DNA from: Polyangiaceae bacterium
GTDB lineage: Bacteria > Myxococcota_A > Polyangia > Polyangiales > Polyangiaceae
Direction of reading: 5' to 3'
Length of the DNA: 64,000 nucleotides
NCBI GenBank assembly: GCA_050287085.1
Contig: JBNKBE010000004.1
Span: forward strand, 160,288-224,287
The notes beneath the pieces were generated by a model that saw nothing but the letters and a program-made list of their open reading frames with translations, was not told where the DNA came from and made no database searches. Shown in pieces: positions 49,998 through 59,772 of this stretch. The translations under genes and the position numbers were made by a program. The stretch's first letter is position 1; each line of letters begins with the position of its first letter.

Positions 49998-51743
49998 GTG
50001 TCGCATTGGGTTCTGGGTCTAAATACGCATCATGGGGACGCGGCCGCTGCGTTGGTGGGTCCGGACGGCCCGATTGCAGCTGTCGCTGAAGAGCGACTGA
50101 ACCGCATCAAGCACTTCGCGGGCTTTCCGTCCCTCGCCGTTGCGGAGGTATTGCGCATTGCTGGTTGCCGTCCGTCCGAGCTTGCAGCGATTGCGGTCGC
50201 TCGTTCACCCCGAGCCAATCTGGGAGCCAAGGCGCGCTTCGTGGCAAGTCACGCCAGTCGGGCGCTTCGCCTGGCGCACGAACGCCTCGGAGTGCATCGC
50301 GCTACGGGCGATGGCATTCGCGCGGAGGTGGCGCGCGCGCTCGGCGTCCCCGAGGCGCAGCTCCAAGCCCGCGTGTATCGCGTCGAGCATCACCTCGCCC
50401 ATGTTGCGAGCGCCTTCTACTGGTCTCCATTTCAGCGGGCCGGGGCCCTTTCAGTGGACGGCGCTGGGGACTTCGCAACCGCGCTTTGGGCCTTGGGCGA
50501 AGGGGATCGCATCGGGGTCCTAGCCCGCAATCATTGGCCCCACTCCCTCGGGATCTTCTATAGCGCCTTGTGCCAGTTCATCGGCTTCGACCAATACGGC
50601 GAAGAATTCAAGGTCATGGGCCTGGCCGCGTATGGCCGGCCGAGGTATCTGCCGTTGCTCCGGGAGCTGGTTGCGTTTTCACCGGAGCGAGGTTTGCGGC
50701 TGAACCTCAAGTACTTCGTTCATCAGCTGCGCATCGCGGGCGATGCGGTGATCGACGGTCGGGTGCAGAGCGCGCAGCATTACGGTCCACGCATGAGCGA
50801 ATTGCTGGGCCAGCCGCGCAAGCGTGGCGACGCGCTGGAAGAACGCCACGCCGACATCGCAGCATCCATGCAGGCGCGCTACGAGGAGGTGTTTTGCCAG
50901 ATGGTCGAATACCTCACTGCACGCACTCAGACGCGTGAGCTCGTGTTTGCGGGGGGGTGTGCTTTGAATTCGGTGGCCAATGGTCGCATGCTGCGTGAAC
51001 GTTACGCCGACCGCGTGTATTTTCAGCCCGCAGCCACCGACGATGGAACGGCGATGGGCGCGGCTCATTTCGTGTTGCACCAGAAGCTCGGAGTGCCGCG
51101 AGGGCGTGCCGTCGAACATGCGTATTGGGGGAGTTCTGCCGATGAAAGAGCCATTGCCGAGGCCCTAAGCGCGCAAGCGCGACCCTGGCAGCGTCTGTCA
51201 GAGGACGACTTGATCACGCGCGTCGTGGAGGCGCTCGCAGGCGGGCGGATCGTGGGTTGGTTCCAAGGACGCGAGGAGTGGGGGCCGAGGGCGCTGGGCA
51301 ACCGCAGCATCCTCTGCAATCCGGCTTGGCCAGGAATGAAGGCGACGTTGAATGCCCGCATCAAGAATCGAGAGGCTTTCCGTCCTTTTGCTCCGGCGAT
51401 TCGAGAGGAGGACCTGACGGAAGTGTTCGAAGGCACCCATCCGGTTCCGTTCATGATCATCGTTTACGCCGTGCGCCACCAATGGCGTCAGCGCCTGCCG
51501 GCGATCACCCACGAGGATGGAAGCGGGCGGGTCCAAACCGTCTCTGAGCGCAGCAATCCACTGTTCTGGAAGCTGCTGGGGGCGTTTCGCGCGAGCACAG
51601 GTGTTCCCACATTGCTCAACACCTCCTTCAACGAGAACGAACCGATCGTTCACACCCCGGCCCAGGCCCTGGATTGTTTCGAGCGCACGCAGATGGACGC
51701 CCTGGCCATCGGGCCCTATTGGCTCGAAAAGACGGCGCGCTAG
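49998..51743 (+). CDS. Carbamoyltransferase (NodU/CmcH/TobZ family)
   Basis: EERLNRIKH, EHHLAHVASA, KVMGLAAYG, GGCALNSVANG, GPRALGNRSIL, REAFRPFAP and LLNTSFN. Confidence 0.95.
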   Translation: MSHWVLGLNTHHGDAAAALVGPDGPIAAVAEERLNRIKHFAGFPSLAVAEVLRIAGCRPSELAAIAVARSPRANLGAKARFVASHASRALRLAHERLGVHRATGDGIRAEVARALGVPEAQLQARVYRVEHHLAHVASAFYWSPFQRAGALSVDGAGDFATALWALGEGDRIGVLARNHWPHSLGIFYSALCQFIGFDQYGEEFKVMGLAAYGRPRYLPLLRELVAFSPERGLRLNLKYFVHQLRIAGDAVIDGRVQSAQHYGPRMSELLGQPRKRGDALEERHADIAASMQARYEEVFCQMVEYLTARTQTRELVFAGGCALNSVANGRMLRERYADRVYFQPAATDDGTAMGAAHFVLHQKLGVPRGRAVEHAYWGSSADERAIAEALSAQARPWQRLSEDDLITRVVEALAGGRIVGWFQGREEWGPRALGNRSILCNPAWPGMKATLNARIKNREAFRPFAPAIREEDLTEVFEGTHPVPFMIIVYAVRHQWRQRLPAITHEDGSGRVQTVSERSNPLFWKLLGAFRASTGVPTLLNTSFNENEPIVHTPAQALDCFERTQMDALAIGPYWLEKTAR

Positions 51744-51764
51744 GCATCGCGATCGGTGACGAGG

Positions 51765-51798
51765 GCCCCCTGCCCCCTGCCCCCTGCCCCCTGCCCCC
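51765..51798. repeat. Heptamer tandem repeat (GCCCCCT)x4 plus GCCCCC
   Basis: Read directly from the sequence in a convergent intergenic gap. Confidence 0.95.
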
Positions 51799-51866
51799 GC
51801 AAGCGGGTGAGTGGCGGGGCTCAGAGCGGCGGCCGAGGGCTGGGCACCGCTTGACCCCCGTTGGCA

Positions 51867-54083
51867 CTAGTTGCGGCGCAAGCGTGGCGGCGGCGCGCCT
51901 CGGCTCTCCGCCCACAGGTGTACCATGTCGGCCAGTTCGGCCAGGAGTGCCTCGCTCGAGTCCACCCAGAACTCAGCCGCGCGAGAAGGAGCCCCCACCC
52001 AACACAAGACGCGCCTGCACTCGGATTCGTTGAGTTCGTTCATCATATCCTCGTCCGTGCGATCGTCACCAGCACAGAAGACGACGTCATTGTCGGCGTG
52101 AAGCGCTAGCAGTTCAGCCACAGCATGTCCTTTGGTGACGGTACTCGGCCGTACCTCGACGACCTTGTTGCCGCGCAATACGGAATAGGGGTGCCCGCGA
52201 AGGACCTCCTCCAGCTCATTGAGTAATTCGCGAGCCTGAATGGTCGCGAGCTCTGGCTCCGCGGAACGATAGTGCCATGCGATCGATGCCTGCTTGCTCT
52301 CGATACTGGCGCCTGGCGTTCTTCGACAATACTCCTCGAACAGAGTCATGACTCGCTCGAGCGCTCCGAGCCCAGCGGAGAATCGTTGTCGCCACTTCCC
52401 ACCGTGTTCACGAATCGCCAGACCGTGCTCACAGACGAGTCCGATCGGGAGCTCGCCGAGCCATTGTTCCAGAGTGTCGCCTGGCCGCCCGCTGACGACG
52501 TACACCGTCGCGTAGGCCGCGAGCTCGCGCAGCACTGAGCGAATCCGCGGCGTTGGGGCAGCGGCCATGGGTTTGCTCTCGTAGCCGCGAAGCGTTCCGT
52601 CGTAGTCTAGGAAGACGATGGGACGTTTGGCTTGCGCGAGTCGAGAGCGAGCGGGTTCGTCATTCACTCGGAGCCGGATCGCTGAAGGGTGCTCTTCTTC
52701 ACGTGTTGCTTCGAGTGCTTTGAGGCATCGATCGGCCCAACGCTGCGAGGTGTTCTCGTTGATGAAGTCCAGCATGTGGGTCGAGTCTGGGCGTTGATTG
52801 GCAAGTTCTTCAGCGAGTACCCGCGCGACTTGAGTGCTGTTGTACGGATTGACCAAGCGCGCTCCCGGGAGCAGATATGCCGCGCCCGCGAACTCGCTCA
52901 GGATTAGACTCCCCCCCTGTCTGCCGCGCGCCGCGATATACTCCATGGCCACCAGATTCATGCCGTCGCGAATGGGTGTTACCAGGGCGATGTCTGCCGC
53001 TTGGTACATCCCTGCCAGCCGCGCGCGGGTGACGCTCTGATTGACATAAACAACGGGCGTGTGACTGGGGGAGCCATAACGTCCATTGATATTGCCCACG
53101 AGCTCCGCCACCTTGCGCTTGAGGGCCTGATACTCATCGACGTTCTCTCGCGACGGTGCGGCAATCTGAAGCAGCACACAGCTCTTCCGATACTTGGGGT
53201 GAGCACGAAGTAGCTCTTCGAATGCGAGCAGCTTCTCCACGATTCCTTTTGTGTAGTCGAGGCGGTCGACACCGATGATCAGCTTCTTCCCGCTGTAGGC
53301 CGCTTTGAGCGCCACCAGTTCGTCGCTTGCCTCGCGCGACGTGGTTAGGTCGCGCACTTCAGCTGGGTCGATGCCGATGGGCTGAACGCCGATGACCACT
53401 TTGCGAGAGCCCACTCGTATGGCGTCTATTTGGCTGTCAAGGCCGAGAACTCGCAGACACGACTTTCGAAAGTGGCTGACGTATTCGTAGGCGTGAAAGC
53501 CCAGGTAGTCGGCGCCCAAGAGTCCCCGCAACACGGCCTCGCGCACCGGCAGCGTGCGGTAGATTTCTGATGAGGGAAAAGGAATGTGAAGAAAGAAGCC
53601 AATAGGGCAAGTCACCCCCCGCTGACGTAACAGCTGCGGAACGAGGCACAGCTGGTAGTCGTGGATCCACACGCTGTCCGAGGAGCGCGCGGCCGCGGCG
53701 ATGGCGTCAGCAAAGCGCTCGTTCACGGCTCTGTAGGCGCGAAAGTAGTGCTGCCGGTAGCTCGTTAGATCCGTCAAGCCATGAAACAATGGCCAAAGCA
53801 CGCGATTGCTGAATCCTTCGTAGAATCCCTCGATGTCCGCCTTGGACAAGAATACCGGATGATATCCTGCTGCCGCGAGCTGCCCGGAGAGTTCGTTTCG
53901 GTCTGCGTCGGGAATTGATGTCCCGGGCCAGCCGAACCATTCGAATCCGCTTTGTTCTGCGACGGGCGCCAGGGCCGTGACGAGTCCTCCCGCCGATGGC
54001 CGGCTTTCCCAGCGCTCGCCTTTCCGCTGCAGGGTGATCGGTAAGCGGGTGGAGGCCACGATCAGTTTTCCTTCCGACGTCAT
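51867..54083 (-). CDS. Bifunctional trehalose-6-phosphate synthase/phosphatase (OtsA-OtsB fusion)
   Basis: [34 protein letters not shown] and RDGMNLVA, followed by HAD motifs DYDGTL and GDDRTDEDM. Confidence 0.95.
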   Translation of the reverse strand: MTSEGKLIVASTRLPITLQRKGERWESRPSAGGLVTALAPVAEQSGFEWFGWPGTSIPDADRNELSGQLAAAGYHPVFLSKADIEGFYEGFSNRVLWPLFHGLTDLTSYRQHYFRAYRAVNERFADAIAAAARSSDSVWIHDYQLCLVPQLLRQRGVTCPIGFFLHIPFPSSEIYRTLPVREAVLRGLLGADYLGFHAYEYVSHFRKSCLRVLGLDSQIDAIRVGSRKVVIGVQPIGIDPAEVRDLTTSREASDELVALKAAYSGKKLIIGVDRLDYTKGIVEKLLAFEELLRAHPKYRKSCVLLQIAAPSRENVDEYQALKRKVAELVGNINGRYGSPSHTPVVYVNQSVTRARLAGMYQAADIALVTPIRDGMNLVAMEYIAARGRQGGSLILSEFAGAAYLLPGARLVNPYNSTQVARVLAEELANQRPDSTHMLDFINENTSQRWADRCLKALEATREEEHPSAIRLRVNDEPARSRLAQAKRPIVFLDYDGTLRGYESKPMAAAPTPRIRSVLRELAAYATVYVVSGRPGDTLEQWLGELPIGLVCEHGLAIREHGGKWRQRFSAGLGALERVMTLFEEYCRRTPGASIESKQASIAWHYRSAEPELATIQARELLNELEEVLRGHPYSVLRGNKVVEVRPSTVTKGHAVAELLALHADNDVVFCAGDDRTDEDMMNELNESECRRVLCWVGAPSRAAEFWVDSSEALLAELADMVHLWAESRGAPPPRLRRN

Positions 54084-54253
54084 CAGAGCAGTGTCACATA
54101 CCGCATCGCATTCGGGTACTTCCTTGCCGTCAAGGGCCGTTCCAGTATCAAGAAAACCGCGACGGACGGTTCAGTCGGCATCGAGCGGGGCGAGTGAAAT
54201 GAACTCCAATTCTTCTTGCCGCGCCGCGCACGTTCGCGCCTGAATGAGCTGAT

Positions 54254-56026
54254 ATGAAGCTCGCCCTCATTGGCAACTGCGCCTACCAGGCATTGATCGA
54301 TGACCAAGCGAACGTCGCCTGGCTGTGTTGGCCTCGCTTCGACTCATCGTTCGTATTTGGCTCACTCCTCGATGAGGAGCGAGGTGGGGCATTCGGGATC
54401 CAGCCCGCTGAGACGGAGTTCTCGAGCGAGCAGGCGTACGTTCCGAATACCAACATCTTGCGCACGGTATTTCGCAGCGCGTCCGGCTCCTTCGAGGTGC
54501 TGGACTTTGCGCCGCGTTTTCGCCAGCACGACCGCTTCTTCAAGCCGACCCAGTTGATGCGGATCGTGCGCCCGATAGCCGGTGATCCACAGGTGCGCGT
54601 TACGCTGCGACCCACAGGGGACTACGGACGTCGCGCGCTAACGCCGCGGCTGGCGAGCAATCATATTGCCTTTACGGTTGATGCCGCCGAGTTGCGTCTG
54701 ACCGCGGATGTGCCCCTCAACTACATCGTTGAGTCACGACCCTTTCTGCTCGATCGCCCGGCCCATCTGGCTTTGACATGGAACGCGCCGCTAGAGGCTC
54801 CGCTTCAGGAAACCGTGGACACGTTCTACGAGCGCACCAAAGCCTACTGGGAACGATGGGTGAAACACACGAGCCTTCCTGGTGTATTTCAGACCCAGGT
54901 CATCCGTTCCGCGCTCGTGTTGAAGTTGCACCAATTCGAGGATACGGGTGCCATCACCGCCGCGAGTACCACGAGCTTGCCAGAGGAACACGGTGCAGGG
55001 CGCAATTGGGACTACCGATTTTGCTGGATCCGAGACTCGTACTTCACACTTCGGGCGATGCGGCGCCTCGGACATTTCGAAGAACTGGAAGAGTTCGTTG
55101 GCTTTCTCAAGAACGTTGCCAGCGCAAGTCATGAGCGGCTGCAGCCCGTCTACAGTATTACCGGTGAGAGCAAGCTCAGTGAGGTGGAACTGGAGCATCT
55201 AGCTGGCTACAAGGGCAATCGCCCTGTGCGGGCCGGCAACGCCGCTTACGTCCAGGTTCAGAACGACGCGTATGGCGAGATGCTGGCTAGCATTGCCCCT
55301 TTGCTTCTGGATATTCGCTTCTTTGCATCGGGCGGGCGACGCGACCACACGATTCGCCTGGTTCATCGCTTGCTTCGCCGAATCGACGAGGTGATGGAGG
55401 AGCCAGATGCGGGCCTGTGGGAGTATCGCGGGCGGGAACGGGTTCACACCTTTACCTTGCTGTTGCATTGGACGGGAGCGCGTGTGGCGGAACGAATCGG
55501 AGAGGCTATCGGCGATCCTTCCTTGACCGTCCATGCAACGGAGCTCAGGCGCCGCGCCGAGACACTGCTCGAAAGCGCGTTTGTGGTTGAAGATGGCTTC
55601 TACGGAGAGGCCACCACGGCGGCGGATCCGGACGCATCGTTGTTCATGATGGTCAACCTTGGCTACCTTCGCCCGCAGGATCCCAAGGCGCTCTCGCACG
55701 TTCGTGCCTTGGCTTCTCGGCTATCGGTTCGCAATGGTTTGATGCAGCGCTACCGTCATGAGGACGACTTTGGTCAGTCGACAAGCACCTTCACCGTGTG
55801 CGGCTTTTGGTACGCTGAGGCTCTAGCGCGGCTCGGGCAGACAAGCGAAGCGAGGGCCGTCTGCGAACGTCTGCTCAGCTATGCCAATCACGTTGGCCTA
55901 TTCAGTGAAGACCTCGACCCAGATACTGGCGAGCAACTCGGCAACTTCCCTCAGACGTATTCTCATGTCGGCTTGATCAACGCCGCCTTCGCCATCGCGC
56001 CGACGCTCGAGGAGCTGGAGCGCTAG
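54254..56026 (+). CDS. Glycoside hydrolase family 15 (trehalase/glucoamylase-like)
   Basis: WLCWPRFDS, TTSLPE, RNWDYRFCWIRD, GLWEYR and GLFSED..GNFPQTYSH. Confidence 0.93.
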   Translation: MKLALIGNCAYQALIDDQANVAWLCWPRFDSSFVFGSLLDEERGGAFGIQPAETEFSSEQAYVPNTNILRTVFRSASGSFEVLDFAPRFRQHDRFFKPTQLMRIVRPIAGDPQVRVTLRPTGDYGRRALTPRLASNHIAFTVDAAELRLTADVPLNYIVESRPFLLDRPAHLALTWNAPLEAPLQETVDTFYERTKAYWERWVKHTSLPGVFQTQVIRSALVLKLHQFEDTGAITAASTTSLPEEHGAGRNWDYRFCWIRDSYFTLRAMRRLGHFEELEEFVGFLKNVASASHERLQPVYSITGESKLSEVELEHLAGYKGNRPVRAGNAAYVQVQNDAYGEMLASIAPLLLDIRFFASGGRRDHTIRLVHRLLRRIDEVMEEPDAGLWEYRGRERVHTFTLLLHWTGARVAERIGEAIGDPSLTVHATELRRRAETLLESAFVVEDGFYGEATTAADPDASLFMMVNLGYLRPQDPKALSHVRALASRLSVRNGLMQRYRHEDDFGQSTSTFTVCGFWYAEALARLGQTSEARAVCERLLSYANHVGLFSEDLDPDTGEQLGNFPQTYSHVGLINAAFAIAPTLEELER

Positions 56027-56086
56027 ATCACCTTGCGCGCCTCTTGTACGCGGGCTGCGGACTGGGGTTGGCCCCGGAGTCTCGGC

Positions 56087-57202
56087 TCAGCCGAGGTACC
56101 CGTAGAAGCCTCGCACGACTCGGACAACCTCGTCTTGCGCTGCGTGACTCAGCTCGGGGTAGAGCGGCAAAGAGAGAGCTTCCTTGCTGCGCGCTTCGGC
56201 GTAGGGGAAGTCACCTGGAGCGTAGCCTAGGTGACGCAGCGCCGGCTGGAGGTGAAGAGGCGTCGGGTAATACACGCGCGCCTCTATTCCCGCTAGCTTC
56301 AGCGTTTCTGCCAAAGCGTCGCGACGTTCAAGGGCGCGCACCGTATAGAGGCTGTAGGAGGGCTGCTCCCCAGGGTTCGCGCGGGGGACTGCCAGCTCGG
56401 CTACATCGCCCAGGGCGTCCGTATAGCGTTCTGCCAGGGTGCGGGCGCGAGCAAGACGCCCCTCGAGATATCTCAACTTGATGCGAAGAAGAGCGGCCTG
56501 GAGCTCGTCAAGCCGGTAGTTGCCACCGAGTTGCACATGCTTATGGGGCTCGGCCGCGCCGTGACGCCGGACGCGTTCGACACCCAGCGCAAGCGAGTCG
56601 ATATCGGTCGTGACTGCTCCCCCGTCGCCGAACCCGCCCAGAGACTTTGTGGGAAAGAAGGAGAACGCGGCGGCATGCCCCAACGTGCCCACTGCTCCGC
56701 TCGGCGCCCGCGCGCCCAGCGCTTGGGCGGCATCTTCGAGCAATAGCACGTCGCGGCGTTGGGCCCAGCTGAGCAACGGCTCAAAGGGTGCCGGCTGCCC
56801 GAAGAGGTGCACGACGACGACCGCGCTGGCCTCGCCGCTAGCCACGACGGCGCGCGGATCCAGCGAGAATGAGTTCGCTTCCACGTCGGCAAAAACGGGA
56901 TGCAGGCCAGCGCGCACGATGGCGGAAACCGTCGCAATGAAGGTAAACGGCGTGGTGACGACGCGGGAGCCCGGCGGGAGTTCGGCCGAGAGCAAGGCGG
57001 CTGTAATGGCGTCGGTGCCGCTGGAAACACCTAAGGCTCGACCTACTCCCAGCGTTGCGGCGAGCTCTCGCTCGAAGAGTTCGAGCTCTGGACCCAGGAT
57101 CCACTGTCCGCTTTGAATTACCCGAGTCGCGGCGGCCGTCAACTCGGCTTCCAGAGGGCCAGCGGCCGCACAAAGATCGAAAAGAGGAATGCGAAAGGCC
57201 AC
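56087..57202 (-). CDS. DegT/DnrJ/EryC1/StrS family PLP-dependent sugar aminotransferase
   Basis: SSGTDA, VHLFGQ, EDAAQALG, SFFPTKSLGGFGDGG and NYRLDELQAA. Confidence 0.95.
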   Translation of the reverse strand: MAFRIPLFDLCAAAGPLEAELTAAATRVIQSGQWILGPELELFERELAATLGVGRALGVSSGTDAITAALLSAELPPGSRVVTTPFTFIATVSAIVRAGLHPVFADVEANSFSLDPRAVVASGEASAVVVVHLFGQPAPFEPLLSWAQRRDVLLLEDAAQALGARAPSGAVGTLGHAAAFSFFPTKSLGGFGDGGAVTTDIDSLALGVERVRRHGAAEPHKHVQLGGNYRLDELQAALLRIKLRYLEGRLARARTLAERYTDALGDVAELAVPRANPGEQPSYSLYTVRALERRDALAETLKLAGIEARVYYPTPLHLQPALRHLGYAPGDFPYAEARSKEALSLPLYPELSHAAQDEVVRVVRGFYGYLG

Positions 57203-57219
57203 GTGGGAGCCTTACACGA

Positions 57220-59703
57220 TCACGGGGGACTGCCAACGGCGGAGAGATGAAGCGCAGCCGACTTCAGGTCTTCGGGGATCTTGGCTTCCAGGCGGTCGAG
57301 CTCGGCCATCGCTTTGAGAGCCTTGTCGCTTCGTCGAAGCGACAAGCCAAGGCGCAAGACCCGCACCCATCGCTCGGGACTGCGGGAGATCGTGGCCGCC
57401 CGTTCGAAATGCTGCAAAGCGAGGTCGGGTCTATCCGCCGCCTGCAGCAGCGAGCCCATCTGCTCGTGGCTCCGGACACACTCCTTGGCTCGCGTGCAGC
57501 TCAGCAGTTCGATAGTGCTTTCGGGTAAGCGGGTGTCGCCGTCGCGCCGTGGCAAGCGAACGGCAAGGCGAAACAGCTGCCACCAACAGGGTAGAGCTTC
57601 CGCGCGCCGCGGACACTTCTCAGACAGCAGCTGAAGGGCGGCTGCGTCCTGCCCGCGGTGGGATAGCAACATGGCCCGCGCTCGAATCGCATCCACGCTG
57701 TCGTGGGGTGTTTCGGCTGCGGTTTCCGCGATCTGCTCACAGGAGCTCTGGGCTGCCGCCTGGCATTCCTCGGGCTCGGATTCGAGCGCCAACGCAGTCA
57801 GCTCTAGACGCAGGCTGCCCGTTCGATCCTGTTGCCCCAAGGCAGCCATGAGCGCGGTCAGGCGGTCGGTTCGGGTTGCGAGGCGTGGAGCCAGCTGTCG
57901 ATATACGGTGGCCGCGGCAGCGCCCGACCAGGGCACGCGAACGGCGTCAGCCCCCAACAGGGCATACGCCACCCTGGCGACTTGTTTAGCTAAGCCAGGC
58001 TCGGCTTCTGCGGCGCGTTTCAGCGCTGCGACGGCAGAGCTTCGCTTGTTGTGGGAAGCGAGCTGTTGGGCGAGCAAGAGCCAAGTTCGCCCATCTTCAG
58101 GGGCCCGCTGCAAGGTCCAATTGAGCCAGGCGAGGCGGTTGGGCGCCCTATCGCGTGCGGCAGCAAGTGCAGCCAAGCGCAGGACATAAGGGTCCGCTGG
58201 ATGCTGCGCGACCCACGGTCGAACGGTCTCTTGGCTTCTTCCGTTGGGGGCGTTGTCAAGCGCTTCGGCCATCGCGGCGCGGGCGTCCCGTATCGGGGGA
58301 CTCAGGTGGAGCAATCCGAGACCGCTCAATACCGCGCAGCACCACAGCAGCCCGCGTTGCCAACGAGGAGAAGGGCTGATGGCGAGGAGGTAGCGCTCAT
58401 GAGCGAGCGTTGCGGCCAGAAGGGTGACTCCGAATAGACCGACCCCAAAGAGTTCGGTCCCCAAATCGAGAAGATTCTGTAGCCACCAAGCGCTGCAGCC
58501 AAACCACAGCGCCAGCGCGGCCGACGAGCGGTGTGCGTGTCGCAGGCAATAGCCCGTCGCGCTTCCCAACGCGACCACCAGCATCGCCGCGATGGGGAGA
58601 CCCCAGCTGACGGCCGCTTCGACAACGAAGTTTTCAGCGTATTCGAAGGATTGGCTGCCGGCCGCAGGCAGGTAGGGCGCGGCGGCTGCATAGAAGCCGC
58701 CCCGCCCCGCGCCCAGCCAGGAAAAGTCCGCGCTCGCGCGCAGCCCAGCCCTGAGCAGGTCCAACTTATCCGTCCGCTCGTCTAGTAGGAGACCGCGAAC
58801 CCGTACGAAGATCAGCGCCGCCAGTCCCAGAGCTCCGGCTAAGCCCGCGAGCCCCGGACGCAGGGCGCGCCAGCTCCGTCGAGTGTAGAACTCACGCGTC
58901 AGCGCCGCCAAAGCCCCCAACGCTAGCAGGGCGGTCGCCGCGCGCGAGCCGCTGAGCACAGCGCCCGCGCCCAGAAAAGCGACTGCCACTCCGTACAGAG
59001 CGCGGGCTTTGGGTCCCGCCCGGCGCGCGCTCGCAAGCCCGAGGGCTATCAAAGCGCTGGCTGTTAGAACGCCGCCTAGATTGTTGGCGTTCATCAGCGG
59101 CGCGACGAGCGAGGAGCGCTTCGGAGTGTACAGCCCGAATACACGTTCAGCCCCGACGAGCAAGTGTATGACCGTGAGGCTTCCCACCAGCAGACCGACC
59201 GCTACGATCCAGCGAGCCAGGAGCTGTCCTTCCCGGACTTTGCGGTACTCCCCCACCACAGCGGCCCACAACGCGTAGGTGGTCAGCCGCTGCGCATCCT
59301 GCCAAGCGGCGTCTTGTTCCAGGGCCAGACTTGCGAAGTGGGGCTTGTCGCCCAGCAGAGCCCAGGTGTGCACCTTCACTTGCACCGCGTGCGCGTCGAG
59401 CGCCGTCCACCATCCGATGGGCAGAGGCAGCGCGCCGAGCGCGGTCCATAGCGCCAGCAGCAGAAATACCACGCTGACACCGCCCAGACTCAGGCGTCGC
59501 TGCCAAAGCAGATAGCCGGCCGTGGCAATGACCCAGAGACTCTGGACCACACGTGCGGCAGGGGTCACCCCGCCGAGGAGCAGCAGAAAAAGCCCGATTC
59601 CCCCGGCCACGAGACCGTCGAGAACCCACCCCTTCCCCCATCTCCTTGTGGCAAACGTCAGCACACTCCCAGTAATCCGCGACTGTACCAGCTTCTGCGG
59701 CAA
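57220..59703 (-). CDS. O-antigen ligase/Wzy-like membrane protein with a C-terminal TPR region
   Basis: About 12 hydrophobic segments with MNANNLG, SGSRAA, GAGRGGF and YAEN, followed by helical repeats. Start uncertain. Confidence 0.72.
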   Translation of the reverse strand: MPQKLVQSRITGSVLTFATRRWGKGWVLDGLVAGGIGLFLLLLGGVTPAARVVQSLWVIATAGYLLWQRRLSLGGVSVVFLLLALWTALGALPLPIGWWTALDAHAVQVKVHTWALLGDKPHFASLALEQDAAWQDAQRLTTYALWAAVVGEYRKVREGQLLARWIVAVGLLVGSLTVIHLLVGAERVFGLYTPKRSSLVAPLMNANNLGGVLTASALIALGLASARRAGPKARALYGVAVAFLGAGAVLSGSRAATALLALGALAALTREFYTRRSWRALRPGLAGLAGALGLAALIFVRVRGLLLDERTDKLDLLRAGLRASADFSWLGAGRGGFYAAAAPYLPAAGSQSFEYAENFVVEAAVSWGLPIAAMLVVALGSATGYCLRHAHRSSAALALWFGCSAWWLQNLLDLGTELFGVGLFGVTLLAATLAHERYLLAISPSPRWQRGLLWCCAVLSGLGLLHLSPPIRDARAAMAEALDNAPNGRSQETVRPWVAQHPADPYVLRLAALAAARDRAPNRLAWLNWTLQRAPEDGRTWLLLAQQLASHNKRSSAVAALKRAAEAEPGLAKQVARVAYALLGADAVRVPWSGAAAATVYRQLAPRLATRTDRLTALMAALGQQDRTGSLRLELTALALESEPEECQAAAQSSCEQIAETAAETPHDSVDAIRARAMLLSHRGQDAAALQLLSEKCPRRAEALPCWWQLFRLAVRLPRRDGDTRLPESTIELLSCTRAKECVRSHEQMGSLLQAADRPDLALQHFERAATISRSPERWVRVLRLGLSLRRSDKALKAMAELDRLEAKIPEDLKSAALHLSAVGSPP

Positions 59704-59772
59704 AGCGTGAAGGGATTGGCGGGATTGTCAATCCGACCGCATGGTGTACGCTTCGCTCAGACGACAATCCGC

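Noticed and set aside
51861..51876. Sigma-54 promoter-like TGGCAC...TTGC
   Set aside because: GG-to-GC spacing is 8 rather than 10, and it lies at a gene 3' end.
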